DNA from: Candidatus Avispirillum sp.
Lineage (GTDB): Bacteria > Bacillota > Clostridia > Oscillospirales > CAG-272
DNA: 50,135 nt
Assembly: GCA_045545335.1 (NCBI GenBank)
Contig: JAZQAS010000123.1
Span: forward strand, 1-50,135
Direction: 5' to 3'
The position numbers and the translations under genes are program-made. Shown in pieces: positions 1-8,990 of the stretch (position 1 is the stretch's first letter; every line of letters begins with the position of its first letter). Below the pieces are notes generated by a model. The model saw nothing but the letters and a program-made list of their open reading frames with translations. It was not told the DNA's origin and made no database searches.

Positions 1-11
1 CGATCCGACTT
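1..11 (-). other. Sequencing adapter remnant (MGI/DNBSEQ)
   Basis: CGATCCGACTT is the reverse complement of AAGTCGGATCG, the start of the MGI reverse adapter; the matching forward adapter is at the other contig end. Confidence 0.8.
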
Positions 12-248
12 TATCTTGCAGACTATATAGAAAAAACAAGGACCTTTGAGGACTGCAAGCGCCTCCGCAGATATTTTTACGAGGGGATAGAAAAGGCAGA
101 GAACGAAAAGGAGCGCCGCGAGGTGCTGAGAAGGACGATGATCCTTTCCTTTGAGATGACCGTGGATGCTCTCGTTTCCGAGGGCTCCCCCGTAGATAAA
201 AACACTCTGGAGGCAAAAGAGTGGTTTGAGAAGAACGAAGTAATTTGA
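12..248 (+). CDS. yqeK: 3' part of YqeK-like HD-domain Ap4A hydrolase (5'-truncated by contig end)
   Basis: Frame reads YLADYIEKTRTF...TLEAKEWFEKNEVI*; ADYIExxR motif plus conserved yqeK-LCP-rsfS-leuS synteny. Confidence 0.7.
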   Translation, partial: YLADYIEKTRTFEDCKRLRRYFYEGIEKAENEKERREVLRRTMILSFEMTVDALVSEGSPVDKNTLEAKEWFEKNEVI

Positions 249-296
249 GCGTGAGTTTGTTTTGGCTTTTTAACGATGAGAAAGTAAGGTAAACAA

Positions 297-1448
297 ATGA
301 CGAAATTCAGAAAACTTGTAAAAAAGCTGTTGCCCCGTATGGGTGCGCTTCTGATGGCGGCCGTTCTCGGAGCAGGGCTTTATTTCATGAGCTCCTTTGT
401 GTTCTATACCCCCGAAACAGATAATAAGGAGCCCGAGTTTGAGCTGCAGAAGGACCCAAACAGCGAGGAAGAGGAAGAGCTGAGCATATCGGCCTCCGAT
501 AAGATATTCAATTTCCTCATAATGGGACACGACAGAGCCGCAAGCCTGACAGACGTAATAATGCTCGTGAATTATAATACCGAGATCCAGAGGATAACGG
601 TGATGCAGATCCCCCGCGATACCTACGTGGAGGTAGACGATCATTATTACCATAAGATAAACGGACTTTATAATTACTGCTCAAAGGCCGCAAAGGAAGA
701 GGGCAGTAAGGATCCGGAGATGGACGGATGCAAAAAGATGGAGACCTTCCTTGAAAAGCACCTTGCCATAAAGATCCATTTCTCCGCAGTTATGGACCTT
801 GACGGCTTTGGCGCTATTGTTGACTCCATCGGCGGCGTTGAGATGTACGTTCCTCGGGATATGTATTACGTAGATGCATCTCAGGGCCTGTATATCAACC
901 TGAGAGAGGGCTATCAGCATCTGGACGGAGAGGCCGCAGAGCAGTTCGTCCGTTACAGATACGGATACGTAACAGGCGATATCGGCCGCGGAGACGCGCA
1001 GAAGATATTCATTTCCGCATTCCTTGATAAGCTTCTTTCAAGCGTGAAGGACGTAAAGACAATATCCTCCCTTGCGAAAAATCTCGTCACCTACGTGGAT
1101 ACGGATATAAAGGCCGCGGATATCGCATTTTTCGGTAAAAACTTCATCGGCATCGGCAATAAGGCGGGAGCGGTCCAGCTATCAAATGTAAAGCTTATGA
1201 CAATGCCCGGCAAGGCCACTATGTACGACGGAGTTTCCTATTACGTAATGAATAAGGAGTATACCTCCGATATCATAAACGACTATTATAACGTTTTCAA
1301 TACGAGCGTTCTCTGGTCCTTTGATATAAGCGAGGTGTTCGTAACGAGCGAAAATTCCATACTCCGAGATATTTATCTTGAGTCCCGCGACTCCGTCCCG
1401 CTGAAGATATATAATGCGGGAAGTATTGAAGAAAACGGACTCAGATGA
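297..1448 (+). CDS. LytR-CpsA-Psr (LCP) family cell-wall glycopolymer transferase, N-terminal TM anchor
   Basis: NFLIMGHD, TDVIML, QIPRDTYV, KIN, LDGEAAEQFVRYR, GDIGR..QK motifs. Confidence 0.9.
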   Translation: MTKFRKLVKKLLPRMGALLMAAVLGAGLYFMSSFVFYTPETDNKEPEFELQKDPNSEEEEELSISASDKIFNFLIMGHDRAASLTDVIMLVNYNTEIQRITVMQIPRDTYVEVDDHYYHKINGLYNYCSKAAKEEGSKDPEMDGCKKMETFLEKHLAIKIHFSAVMDLDGFGAIVDSIGGVEMYVPRDMYYVDASQGLYINLREGYQHLDGEAAEQFVRYRYGYVTGDIGRGDAQKIFISAFLDKLLSSVKDVKTISSLAKNLVTYVDTDIKAADIAFFGKNFIGIGNKAGAVQLSNVKLMTMPGKATMYDGVSYYVMNKEYTSDIINDYYNVFNTSVLWSFDISEVFVTSENSILRDIYLESRDSVPLKIYNAGSIEENGLR

Positions 1449-1467
1449 CCCCTGAAAGGAAAAGAAA

Positions 1468-2559
1468 ATGAAAAGGTTTGTAGCTGTGCTTCTTGCGGCA
1501 GTAATGCTTTTGCCCCTCTTCGGCTGTGTCAGAAGATCCACTCTGGACGATGATAACGGCGACGTTAAGGATACCGAAAAGGTAAGCGGCGTTGAAACTA
1601 ACGACGACGGCACGAAAAAGGAAGTAAAGAGCGAAAAGATATATAATTTCCTCGTTATGGGACACGACCGCGAGGCGCGCCTCACCGACGTGATGATGCT
1701 CATCAATTTCGATACGGAGAAGGGAAGCATGACCATCTCTCAGCTCCCCCGCGATACCTATATCCGCATCGAGGGACAGAAATATCATAAGATGAACGGC
1801 CTTTATAACTATTGCGTTGGCCTTGCAAAGGACGAGGGCAGTGAGGATCCGGAGCTTGACGGCTGTAAGAAAACGGCTGATTATCTTTCCGAGATATTTA
1901 AGATCAAGATACATTACAGCGCAGTAATGGACCTTGACGGCTTCGGCGCCATCGTAGATGCCATCGGCGGCGTTTATATGTACGTTCCCTATTCCATGAA
2001 GTACAGCGACCCCGATCAGGGCCTCTATATCAATCTTGCCGAGGGCTATAATACCCTTGACGGAGATGAGGCAGAGCAGTTCGTCCGCTACAGAAGCGGC
2101 TTTGCCAATGCCGATATCGGCCGAGGCGACGCGCAGAAAATGTTTATGACGGCCTTTATCGAGTCCTTCAAGAAGAACATCAGCCTCACCAATATCGTAG
2201 ATATCGCGGCGGCGGTGTTCAAGAACGTAAAGACCGAAATGAAAACGAGAGAGATAGTAAAGCTTGCAACAAAGGCCATAGATATCGAGCTTTCAGGCGT
2301 AACTATGCTGACAATGCCCGGACAGGCCTGCGGAGCCTCCTTCTACGCCCTCAACCGCGAGAGCGTTACCGAGCTTATGAACGAATGCTATAACGTTTTC
2401 ACAGAGGAGATAGAAACGGTGGATGACGATATGCTCCTTTGTAAGGAGAGCGATGCCGCAATGGTCGCCATCTATACTAAGCCCGCAGACGAGTTTTCCT
2501 ATAAAAAGCATAATGCACAGGATGTTTCCGATGAGGATATATATATCCCTATGAAGTAA
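1468..2559 (+). CDS. LCP family protein, tandem paralog with lipoprotein signal
   Basis: Same LCP motifs (QLPRDTY, EQFVRYR, DIGRGDAQK); N-terminus MKRFVAVLLAAVMLLPLFG-C lipobox. Confidence 0.9.
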   Translation: MKRFVAVLLAAVMLLPLFGCVRRSTLDDDNGDVKDTEKVSGVETNDDGTKKEVKSEKIYNFLVMGHDREARLTDVMMLINFDTEKGSMTISQLPRDTYIRIEGQKYHKMNGLYNYCVGLAKDEGSEDPELDGCKKTADYLSEIFKIKIHYSAVMDLDGFGAIVDAIGGVYMYVPYSMKYSDPDQGLYINLAEGYNTLDGDEAEQFVRYRSGFANADIGRGDAQKMFMTAFIESFKKNISLTNIVDIAAAVFKNVKTEMKTREIVKLATKAIDIELSGVTMLTMPGQACGASFYALNRESVTELMNECYNVFTEEIETVDDDMLLCKESDAAMVAIYTKPADEFSYKKHNAQDVSDEDIYIPMK

Positions 2560-2574
2560 AGAAAGGCAGAAGAT

Positions 2575-2979
2575 ATGAATAACGACGCACCCGTAACCGA
2601 GATCAGACTTGAAGATAAAGAAAGCCCCAAGGCAATAGCCGAGTTTATAGTAAAGGTCCTTGATGCAAAGAAGGCAAAGGATATCAAGCTTCTCCACGTA
2701 GAGGAGCAGACCATCCTTGCAGACTATTTCGTTCTTGCAACAGGTAATTCCACAACTCAGGTAAGCTCCCTTTCCGAGGAGGTAGAGTTCAGACTTTCCG
2801 AGAATGGCATCGCTCCCCGCGCAGTGGAGGGCCATCGCGGCGACTCCTGGATCCTTTCCGACTATAATTGCGTTATCCTCCACGTTTTCTCTCAGGAATC
2901 CCGCGATTTCTATAAGCTTGAAAAGCTGTATTCCGAGGGCAGCGAGGTTTCCATCGCAGACCTTCTCACAGAGGACTAA
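2575..2979 (+). CDS. rsfS: Ribosome silencing factor
   Basis: KKAKDI, ADYFVLATGNS, WILSDY..VILHVF..ESRDFYKLEKLY. Confidence 0.95.
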   Translation: MNNDAPVTEIRLEDKESPKAIAEFIVKVLDAKKAKDIKLLHVEEQTILADYFVLATGNSTTQVSSLSEEVEFRLSENGIAPRAVEGHRGDSWILSDYNCVILHVFSQESRDFYKLEKLYSEGSEVSIADLLTED

Positions 2980-3022
2980 TAAAAACATAAGAAAATAATT
3001 CCCACCCGGAGTGAATAAACAT

Positions 3023-5425
3023 ATGAAGTACGATTTCAGAGAATATGAAGCCAAATGGCAGAAGAGATGGGAAGACGAAAAGGCTTTCGAGGCAGTAGAT
3101 TTTTCCGAAAAGCCTAAGTTCTTCTCAATGGTAGAGTTCCCCTATCCCAGCGGATCGGGAATGCACGTAGGACATATCAAGGCGTATTCAGGCCTTGAGG
3201 TAGTTTCCCGTAAGAGAAGAATGCAGGGCTATAACGTCCTTTTCCCCATCGGATTTGATGCATTCGGCCTCCCCACGGAGAATACCGCCATCAAAACAAA
3301 TACTCATCCCCGTAAGGTAACGGAGAGAAATATCGAAAAGTTCACACAGCAGCTGAAGCGTGTAGGCTTCTCCTTCGACTGGTCAAGAGTAGTTGATACC
3401 ACAGAGGAGGACTACTATAAGTGGACTCAGTGGATATTCAGAAAGATGCTTGATAACGGACTCGTATTCCGTGATAAGGCTCTCGTAAACTATTGCCCCT
3501 CCTGTAAGGTAGTCCTTTCCAATGAGGACTCTCAGGGCGGCAAGTGCGATATCTGCCATTCCGATATCGTTCAGAAGTCCAAGGACGTTTGGTACCTCAG
3601 GATCACAGAGTATGCCGATAAGCTTCTCCGGGGCCTTGAGGACGTTGATTATCTCCCCAATATCAAGATGCAGCAGGAGAACTGGATCGGTAAGTCCACG
3701 GGCGCATTCGTAAAGTTTGCCCTTAAGGATACCGATGAAACGCTCACCGTTTATACTACCCGTCCCGATACACTCTTCGGCGTTACCTTTATGGTAATGG
3801 CTCCCGAGCATCCCATCATTGATAAGTATGCCGAAAGAATCGGTAATATGGATGCAATTGAAGCGTACAGAGCCGAGTGCGCAAAGAAGACCGAGTTTGA
3901 GAGAACTCAGCTCGTTAAGGATAAAACGGGCGTGTGCATCGACGGCTTCAAGGCTGTAAACCCCGTAAACGGTAAGGAGATCCCCGTATATATCTCCGAC
4001 TACGTAATGATGGGCTACGGCACGGGCGCAATCATGGCAGTACCTGCTCACGACCAGCGTGACTACGACTTTGCAAAGAAGTTCGGTATTGATATCATCG
4101 AGGTCATCAAGGGCGGCGATATCGCAGTAGAGGCCTATGCAGGCGACGGCGAAATGGTCAATTCCGATTTCCTTAACGGATATACCAATAAGAAGGACTC
4201 TATCGCAAGAATGATAGAGGAGCTTGAAAAGAGCGGCCTCGGCGAGGGCGGCGTTCAGTATAAGATGAAGGACTGGGCCTTCAACCGTCAGCGCTATTGG
4301 GGCGAGCCTATTCCCATCGTTCATTGCGAAAAGTGCGGCATCGTAGGCGTTCCCTATGAGGAGCTCCCTCTGAGACTTCCTCCTATGGAGAACTTCGAGC
4401 CCGGTCAGGGCGGCGAGAGCCCCCTTGCAAAGCTTGAGGACTTCGTGAACTGCACTTGTCCCAAGTGCGGAGAGCCCGCAAAGAGAGAGACCGATACAAT
4501 GCCTCAGTGGGCAGGCTCTTCCTGGTACTTCCTCCGCTATATCGATCCTCATAACGAGGAGAAGTTTGCCGATCCCGAGAAGCTCAAGTATTGGCTCCCC
4601 GTAGACTGGTATAACGGCGGTATGGAGCACGTTACCCGTCATATGATCTACTCCCGCTTCTGGCATCACTTCCTCTATGACCTCGGCGAGGTTCCCACCG
4701 CAGAGCCCTACGCAAAGAGAACTGCTCAGGGCCTTATCCTCGGACCCGACGGCGAGAAGATGTCAAAGTCCAAGGGCAACGTAGTAGACCCTAACGACGT
4801 AGTTGACGCATACGGCGCAGACGTTCTCAGAGTATACGTCCTCTTTATGGGCGACTACGAAAGCTCGACCCCCTGGAACGATAGCTCAATGAAGGGCTGT
4901 AAGAGATTTTTGGACCGCGTTGCAGGCCTTTGCGATATGGCAAAGGGCAGCGGCGCAACACCCGAGCTTGAAACCAAGTTCCATAAGACTATAAAGAAGG
5001 TATCTCAGGATATCGAGAGCATGAAGTTCAATACGGGTATCGCCGCAATGATGGCTCTCATCAATGATATCTACGATCACGGAAGCCTTACAGTAGACGA
5101 GCTCAAGACCTTTATCTCCCTCCTTTGCCCCTACGCGCCTCACCTTTGCGAGGAGATGTGGGAGAGCCTTGGCGAGAAGGAGCTTCTCAGCCTTTCCAAG
5201 TGGCCTGAGTACGATGAGGCAAAGACCGTAGATGCAACCATCGAGATCGCAGTGCAGATCTCCGGTAAGCTTAAGGGAACCGTTGTTATTGCCGCAGATG
5301 CCGATAAGGATACGGCAATTGCCGCTGCAAAGGCAGATGCTAAGATCGCAAGCCTTCTTGAGGGCAAGAGCATAATCAAGGAGATCTACGTTCCCGGCAA
5401 AATCGTAAATATCGTTGCAAAATAA
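3023..5425 (+). CDS. leuS: Leucine--tRNA ligase
   Basis: FPYPSG..HVGH (HIGH), KMSKS, editing domain TTRPDTLFG, RQRYWGEPIP; ATG 3023 has GGAGTG RBS (alternative GTG at 3011). Confidence 0.97.
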   Translation: MKYDFREYEAKWQKRWEDEKAFEAVDFSEKPKFFSMVEFPYPSGSGMHVGHIKAYSGLEVVSRKRRMQGYNVLFPIGFDAFGLPTENTAIKTNTHPRKVTERNIEKFTQQLKRVGFSFDWSRVVDTTEEDYYKWTQWIFRKMLDNGLVFRDKALVNYCPSCKVVLSNEDSQGGKCDICHSDIVQKSKDVWYLRITEYADKLLRGLEDVDYLPNIKMQQENWIGKSTGAFVKFALKDTDETLTVYTTRPDTLFGVTFMVMAPEHPIIDKYAERIGNMDAIEAYRAECAKKTEFERTQLVKDKTGVCIDGFKAVNPVNGKEIPVYISDYVMMGYGTGAIMAVPAHDQRDYDFAKKFGIDIIEVIKGGDIAVEAYAGDGEMVNSDFLNGYTNKKDSIARMIEELEKSGLGEGGVQYKMKDWAFNRQRYWGEPIPIVHCEKCGIVGVPYEELPLRLPPMENFEPGQGGESPLAKLEDFVNCTCPKCGEPAKRETDTMPQWAGSSWYFLRYIDPHNEEKFADPEKLKYWLPVDWYNGGMEHVTRHMIYSRFWHHFLYDLGEVPTAEPYAKRTAQGLILGPDGEKMSKSKGNVVDPNDVVDAYGADVLRVYVLFMGDYESSTPWNDSSMKGCKRFLDRVAGLCDMAKGSGATPELETKFHKTIKKVSQDIESMKFNTGIAAMMALINDIYDHGSLTVDELKTFISLLCPYAPHLCEEMWESLGEKELLSLSKWPEYDEAKTVDATIEIAVQISGKLKGTVVIAADADKDTAIAAAKADAKIASLLEGKSIIKEIYVPGKIVNIVAK

Positions 5426-5450
5426 TTGCAAAAGAATTGTTAAATAGTGC

Positions 5451-5479
5451 TTGACAAGAAGCATTTTCAAGGCTATAAT
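5451..5479 (+). promoter_or_regulatory. SigA promoter of rpsU
   Basis: TTGACA-N17-TATAAT perfect consensus. Confidence 0.8.
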
Positions 5480-5541
5480 ATTTAGGAAGTGCAATTCGGC
5501 ACTTTCCTATGTGCGTAATGCGAAGGGAGGGAAACAGAACA

Positions 5542-5718
5542 ATGGCAGAAATTAGAGTAAAAGAGAACGAGTCTCTTGATAGTGCGCTCCGTCGCTTCAA
5601 GCGTCAGTGCCAGAGATCCGGTATCCAGGCCGAGCTTCGCAAGAGAGAATGCTACGAAAAGCCCAGCGTAAAGAAGAAGAAGAAGTCTGAGGCAGCAAGA
5701 AAGCGTAAGTTCAAGTAA
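5542..5718 (+). CDS. rpsU: 30S ribosomal protein S21
   Basis: [23 protein letters not shown]...[19 protein letters not shown]; GGGAGG RBS. Confidence 0.97.
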   Translation: MAEIRVKENESLDSALRRFKRQCQRSGIQAELRKRECYEKPSVKKKKKSEAARKRKFK

Positions 5719-5725
5719 TTCAATG

Positions 5726-5758
5726 AGCGGCTGACTAAAAGTCAGCCGCTATTGTTTT
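5726..5758 (+). terminator. Intrinsic terminator after rpsU
   Basis: AGCGGCTGACT-AAA-AGTCAGCCGCT hairpin followed by T-rich tract. Confidence 0.75.
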
Positions 5759-5860
5759 AATGAATAGTGAATGATGAATAATGAATAATTACGGTAGAAA
5801 TCCGCAACGGCGGATTTCTTTTTTTCTTCAAATCAGGGTTTGATGATCAGATAAACCAAC

Positions 5861-6175
5861 GTAGGGGAGGATATTATCCTCCAGATTGCAAACGCAGGAT
5901 AACATTGGTGCTAACGTCAACCGATAAAATGAACAATCTATTTGTAGGGGTCGACGTCCCCGACGGGAACCCCCAAAAGCTCACGAATTCCCTTTCGGGG
6001 AACCCCTACGACGTCCCGTTACAGACATAACGTCTCGCGATAAATATCGTTTTATTAATTAGGACAGTCGAGGACGCCTGTCCCTACATTTCGAATATGC
6101 TTTTTGTTTCGTTTGTGTATCAAATTTCGTTTTGGTTCGCGTGCAGATGTGCTGGAGGATGATATCCTCCCCTAC
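5861..6175. repeat. Nested GTAG-type REP composite, copy 1
   Basis: Outer inverted pair GTAGGGGAGGATATTATCCTCC / GGAGGATGATATCCTCCCCTAC; inner inverted pair 5944-6087 GTAGGGGTCGACGTCCCCGAC / GTCGAGGACGCCTGTCCCTAC. Confidence 0.8.
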
Positions 6176-6281
6176 AAATGCGCCCTTTCATCCCCCTCAA
6201 CAATTATTTGATAGTTATTCTCACCTTGACTTTGTGCCTGTCAAATAGTATAATAATCAAAAAAACAAAAGGAAAATATAT

Positions 6282-7229
6282 ATGAAAATCGTACTTCTGG
6301 ACAGCGCGACCCTCGGAGATGATCTTGACCTTTCTCCCCTTGATAAATACGGCGAGGTGGTGGCTTACCCTTCAACCGCCCCCGAGCTTATAAAGGAAAG
6401 ACTTGAAGGGGCTGACGTAGTCCTCGTAAATAAAGTAAAGCTTAACGAGACTACCGTCGGCGATAACGAGACCTTAAAGCTTGTCTGCATCGCCGCAACG
6501 GGCTTTGATAATATAGACCTTGAGTTTATGAAGAAAAAGGGCGTCGGCGTATGTAACGTGGTAGGATACTCCACAGACAGCGTAGCCCAGCTCACCGTGT
6601 CAATGGTCCTCTCCCTTGCAACTCATCTTCCAGAGTATAACGCATTCGTGGAGTCGGGTGAGTATTCAAGAGGCAGCGTTGCAAATAAGCTCACCCCCGT
6701 GTATCACGAGATCGCAGGCAAGACCTGGGGCATCGTTGGCCTTGGCAATATAGGCAAAAAGGTGGCGGCAGTGGCGGAGGCCTTCGGCTGTAAGGTCATC
6801 GCCAATAAGCGCACACCTGTTGAGGGCTATGATTGCACGGATATAGATACCCTTTGCCGCGAGGCGGATATCATAACCGTCCATACCCCCTTGAACGACG
6901 GCACGAGAAACCTTATAAACGAAGAGCGCATCGCAATGATGAAGCCTGACGCAATCGTTGTAAACGTTGCCCGCGGCGCCGTTTGCGATGAGGCGGCGCT
7001 GTGCGCGGCAGTAAAGGCGGGAAAGCTTGGCGGCATCGGAGTAGACGTTTATTCCATGGAGCCCTTCAGAGAGGACAGCCCCTATTTTGAGGTAAAGGAA
7101 ATGGCAAACGTGTGCTTAACTCCCCATATGGCGTGGGGCTCTGCCGAGGCAAGAAAGCGTTGCCTTCTTGATATGATGCAGAGTATAGACGCTTTTCTCA
7201 AAGGAGAAAAAAGATCAAGACTCGTATAA
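6282..7229 (+). CDS. D-isomer-specific 2-hydroxyacid dehydrogenase (glycerate/hydroxypyruvate reductase-like)
   Basis: GIVGLGNIG Rossmann motif, HTPL, NVARG, DVYSMEP, TPHMAW. Confidence 0.9.
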   Translation: MKIVLLDSATLGDDLDLSPLDKYGEVVAYPSTAPELIKERLEGADVVLVNKVKLNETTVGDNETLKLVCIAATGFDNIDLEFMKKKGVGVCNVVGYSTDSVAQLTVSMVLSLATHLPEYNAFVESGEYSRGSVANKLTPVYHEIAGKTWGIVGLGNIGKKVAAVAEAFGCKVIANKRTPVEGYDCTDIDTLCREADIITVHTPLNDGTRNLINEERIAMMKPDAIVVNVARGAVCDEAALCAAVKAGKLGGIGVDVYSMEPFREDSPYFEVKEMANVCLTPHMAWGSAEARKRCLLDMMQSIDAFLKGEKRSRLV

Positions 7230-7331
7230 GAAAAAAAGACACTTTAAAAAAAGTGTCTTTTTTTTAGAAGATGAATAAAAAGGATAAAAGCGGGGAACCA
7301 TAGCATACCGAATATAAGGAGAAAAGAAAAA

Positions 7332-7928
7332 ATGAAAGCAAAAGTTATTCTCGGTCTGTGCATATCCTTTCTCGTATGCTTTACGGTAATGTCCGTCCTG
7401 CCCGTAAACGGCGAGGAGGAGATATACGGTAATATGATAAGGCTCCACGTTCTTGCAAACTCCGATACCCCCGAGGATCAGGCGCTTAAGCTCAAGGTCC
7501 GTGATGCGGTTCTGGAGGCGGCTGAAAAGATAGAATGCCAAAGCCCGACAGATGCCCTCCAAAAGGCGGAAAGCTCTCTCGGAGAGCTTAAAAAGGCCGC
7601 AGAGGACAAGGTGAGAGAGCTTGGCTACAGCTATCCCGTTGAGGTCACCCTTGGAGAGGAGCAATATCCCGAAAGGGAGTACGATGGCTTTTCGCTCCCT
7701 GCAGGCAGATATACCTCTCTCAGAGTTCTCATAGGAGAGGCCGAGGGCAGAAACTGGTGGTGCGTTCTCTATCCGCCTCTATGCACATCAGCGGCAACGG
7801 AGAGGGAAGAGGTGTTCATCGCCGCAGGCTTCACGAAGGGTCAGTACGAGACCATAACGGAGAGTGAAAACAAGACCTATAAGATCAAATTCAAGATAGT
7901 GGAGATCCTGCGCGATATCTTTGAATAA
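7332..7928 (+). CDS. spoIIR: Stage II sporulation protein R
   Basis: IRLHVLANSD..DQALKLKVRDAV, LPAGRY.SLRV.IG.AEGRNWWCVLYPPLC; possible SigF-like GAATA-N15-GGGAACCATA at 7273-7302. Confidence 0.93.
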   Translation: MKAKVILGLCISFLVCFTVMSVLPVNGEEEIYGNMIRLHVLANSDTPEDQALKLKVRDAVLEAAEKIECQSPTDALQKAESSLGELKKAAEDKVRELGYSYPVEVTLGEEQYPEREYDGFSLPAGRYTSLRVLIGEAEGRNWWCVLYPPLCTSAATEREEVFIAAGFTKGQYETITESENKTYKIKFKIVEILRDIFE

Positions 7929-7986
7929 GGCGTGTCGTATAATAAATAATAGAAGAAAAATTATTTAAAAAATTTCAAAAATTGTA

Positions 7987-8015
7987 TTGACAAAGGGAAA
8001 GGTGCATGCTATAAT
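7987..8015 (+). promoter_or_regulatory. SigA promoter of tRNA-Met/tRNA-Glu
   Basis: TTGACA-N17-TATAAT with extended TG, 12 nt before the tRNA. Confidence 0.85.
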
Positions 8016-8027
8016 AGTCAAGCGCGT

Positions 8028-8104
8028 GGCGGAATAGCTCAGCTGGCTAGAGCAATCGGTTCATACCCGATAGGTCGTGGGTTCAAGTCCAACTTCCGCT
8101 ACCA
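8028..8104 (+). tRNA. tRNA-Met (CAT), elongator type
   Basis: GGCGGAATAGCTCAG...ATCGG-TT-CAT-AC-CCGAT...GTTCAAGTC...CCGCTACCA cloverleaf. Confidence 0.93.
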
Positions 8105-8179
8105 GGCCCGTTGGTCAAGAGGCTAAGACACCGCCCTTTCACGGCAGTAACAGGGGTTCGATTCCCCTACGGGTCACCA
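8105..8179 (+). tRNA. tRNA-Glu (TTC)
   Basis: GGCCCGTTGGTCAAG...CCGCC-CT-TTC-AC-GGCAG...GTTCGATTCCCCTACGGGTCACCA. Confidence 0.95.
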
Positions 8180-8218
8180 AAACAAAAGGACACCTTCGGG
8201 TGTCCTTTTTGTTTTGAT
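8180..8218 (+). terminator. Terminator of tRNA operon
   Basis: AAACAAAAGGACACC-TTCG-GGTGTCCTTTTTGTTTT. Confidence 0.85.
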
Positions 8219-8385
8219 ACCCGTATTTAACGGGGAATCGAAAGGGCGTGTCTATGTCGGTACGACAGACAAAAACTCTCCGGTGGAGAGTTTTTAGCCC
8301 GTTGTGCTGATCTTTCGAAAAAATCATGTATCACGTCCGACCGTGAGCGCCGAAACGAGTTTCGGCGAAACCTTCAAATTTGAGT

Positions 8386-8422
8386 ATTCCCCTACGGGTC
8401 ACCAAAACAAAAGGACACCTTT
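8386..8422 (+). repeat. Direct repeat of tRNA-Glu 3' end plus left half of terminator; attL
   Basis: ATTCCCCTACGGGTCACCAAAACAAAAGGACACCTT is identical to 8161-8196; the right half of the hairpin is found at 21634-21656. Confidence 0.9.
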
Positions 8423-8481
8423 GGGGTCTTCACTTAAAGCAGTTTTGTGAGCGACGTCCTCAAGCGGTGTCCAAAAGACAG

Positions 8482-8526
8482 AAAGACCACACAATTGACT
8501 ATGATGTCGGCTGTGTGGTCTTTTTC
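8482..8526. terminator. Hairpin terminator at left end of island
   Basis: AAAGACCACACA...TGTGTGGTCTTTTT. Confidence 0.6.
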
Positions 8527-8537
8527 TGTTTGTAGGC

Positions 8538-8819
8538 TTACTCTTCAAAATCCAATCCCGTGAGCGTTTCGAGCATTAATCTTCCGCCGAGCCGGAATCC
8601 GTATGCGAATATCTCACGCTCGATAATGCCGTACATTTCATTGACACAATCATCGTATTTTGCCAAGGTTTCTTTCTGCTCTTCGGTGAGCGTTACGGAA
8701 AGGTTGTCACGGTTCTTACCCATAAGGTTCAGGAGGTTTTTGATTTCCCGATTGCCTTCGGTACTTTGTTCCTGGGGATTGATGTTTCCGTACCAAAACT
8801 CCTCAAGCAATGTCCTCAT
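8538..8819 (-). CDS. DUF6809-like small protein
   Basis: MRTLLEEFWYGNINPQEQ...L..TLTEEQKE.L.KY.DC..EM...IEREIFAYGFRLG; AGGAGG RBS before ATG 8819. Confidence 0.7.
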   Translation of the reverse strand: MRTLLEEFWYGNINPQEQSTEGNREIKNLLNLMGKNRDNLSVTLTEEQKETLAKYDDCVNEMYGIIEREIFAYGFRLGGRLMLETLTGLDFEE

Positions 8820-8934
8820 AATTCTCCTCCTTCCGCACATAACAAAACGACCGCATCTCCGAGATCATTCCCGGTGATACGGTCGTTTCTTTGTTTTTGG
8901 TTGTCTGTTTTGGCTTTGTTTTTATACGTGGCAT
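8803..8934 (-). CDS. Putative 43-aa leader/small protein overlapping the DUF6809 start
   Basis: AGGAGGTG RBS then MPRIKTKPKQTTKNKETTVSPGMISEMRSFCYVRKEENYEDIA*; contains a long hairpin at 8845-8889. Confidence 0.4.
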   Translation of the reverse strand: MPRIKTKPKQTTKNKETTVSPGMISEMRSFCYVRKEENYEDIA

Positions 8935-8990
8935 AATGTTGCACCTCCTTGTAGCACAACACTATACCGCCATACCTCCGAAAAGTCCAG

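Noticed and set aside
3383-4669. Long antisense ORFs (also 28689-29780, 30202-31476, 33251-34675, 43755-44753, 47470-48570, 18385-19413)
   Set aside because: Shadow frames opposite well-supported genes with strong codon bias; no motifs or RBS
5760-5826. TGAATA(A/G) short repeats plus hairpin after rpsU
   Set aside because: Only 3-4 degenerate units next to a second terminator-like hairpin; too little to support a call
8161-8421. tRNA-Glu 3' duplication as attL/attR of the 13 kb island
   Set aside because: Both copies lie on the left side only 225 bp apart; the true junctions split the terminator hairpin
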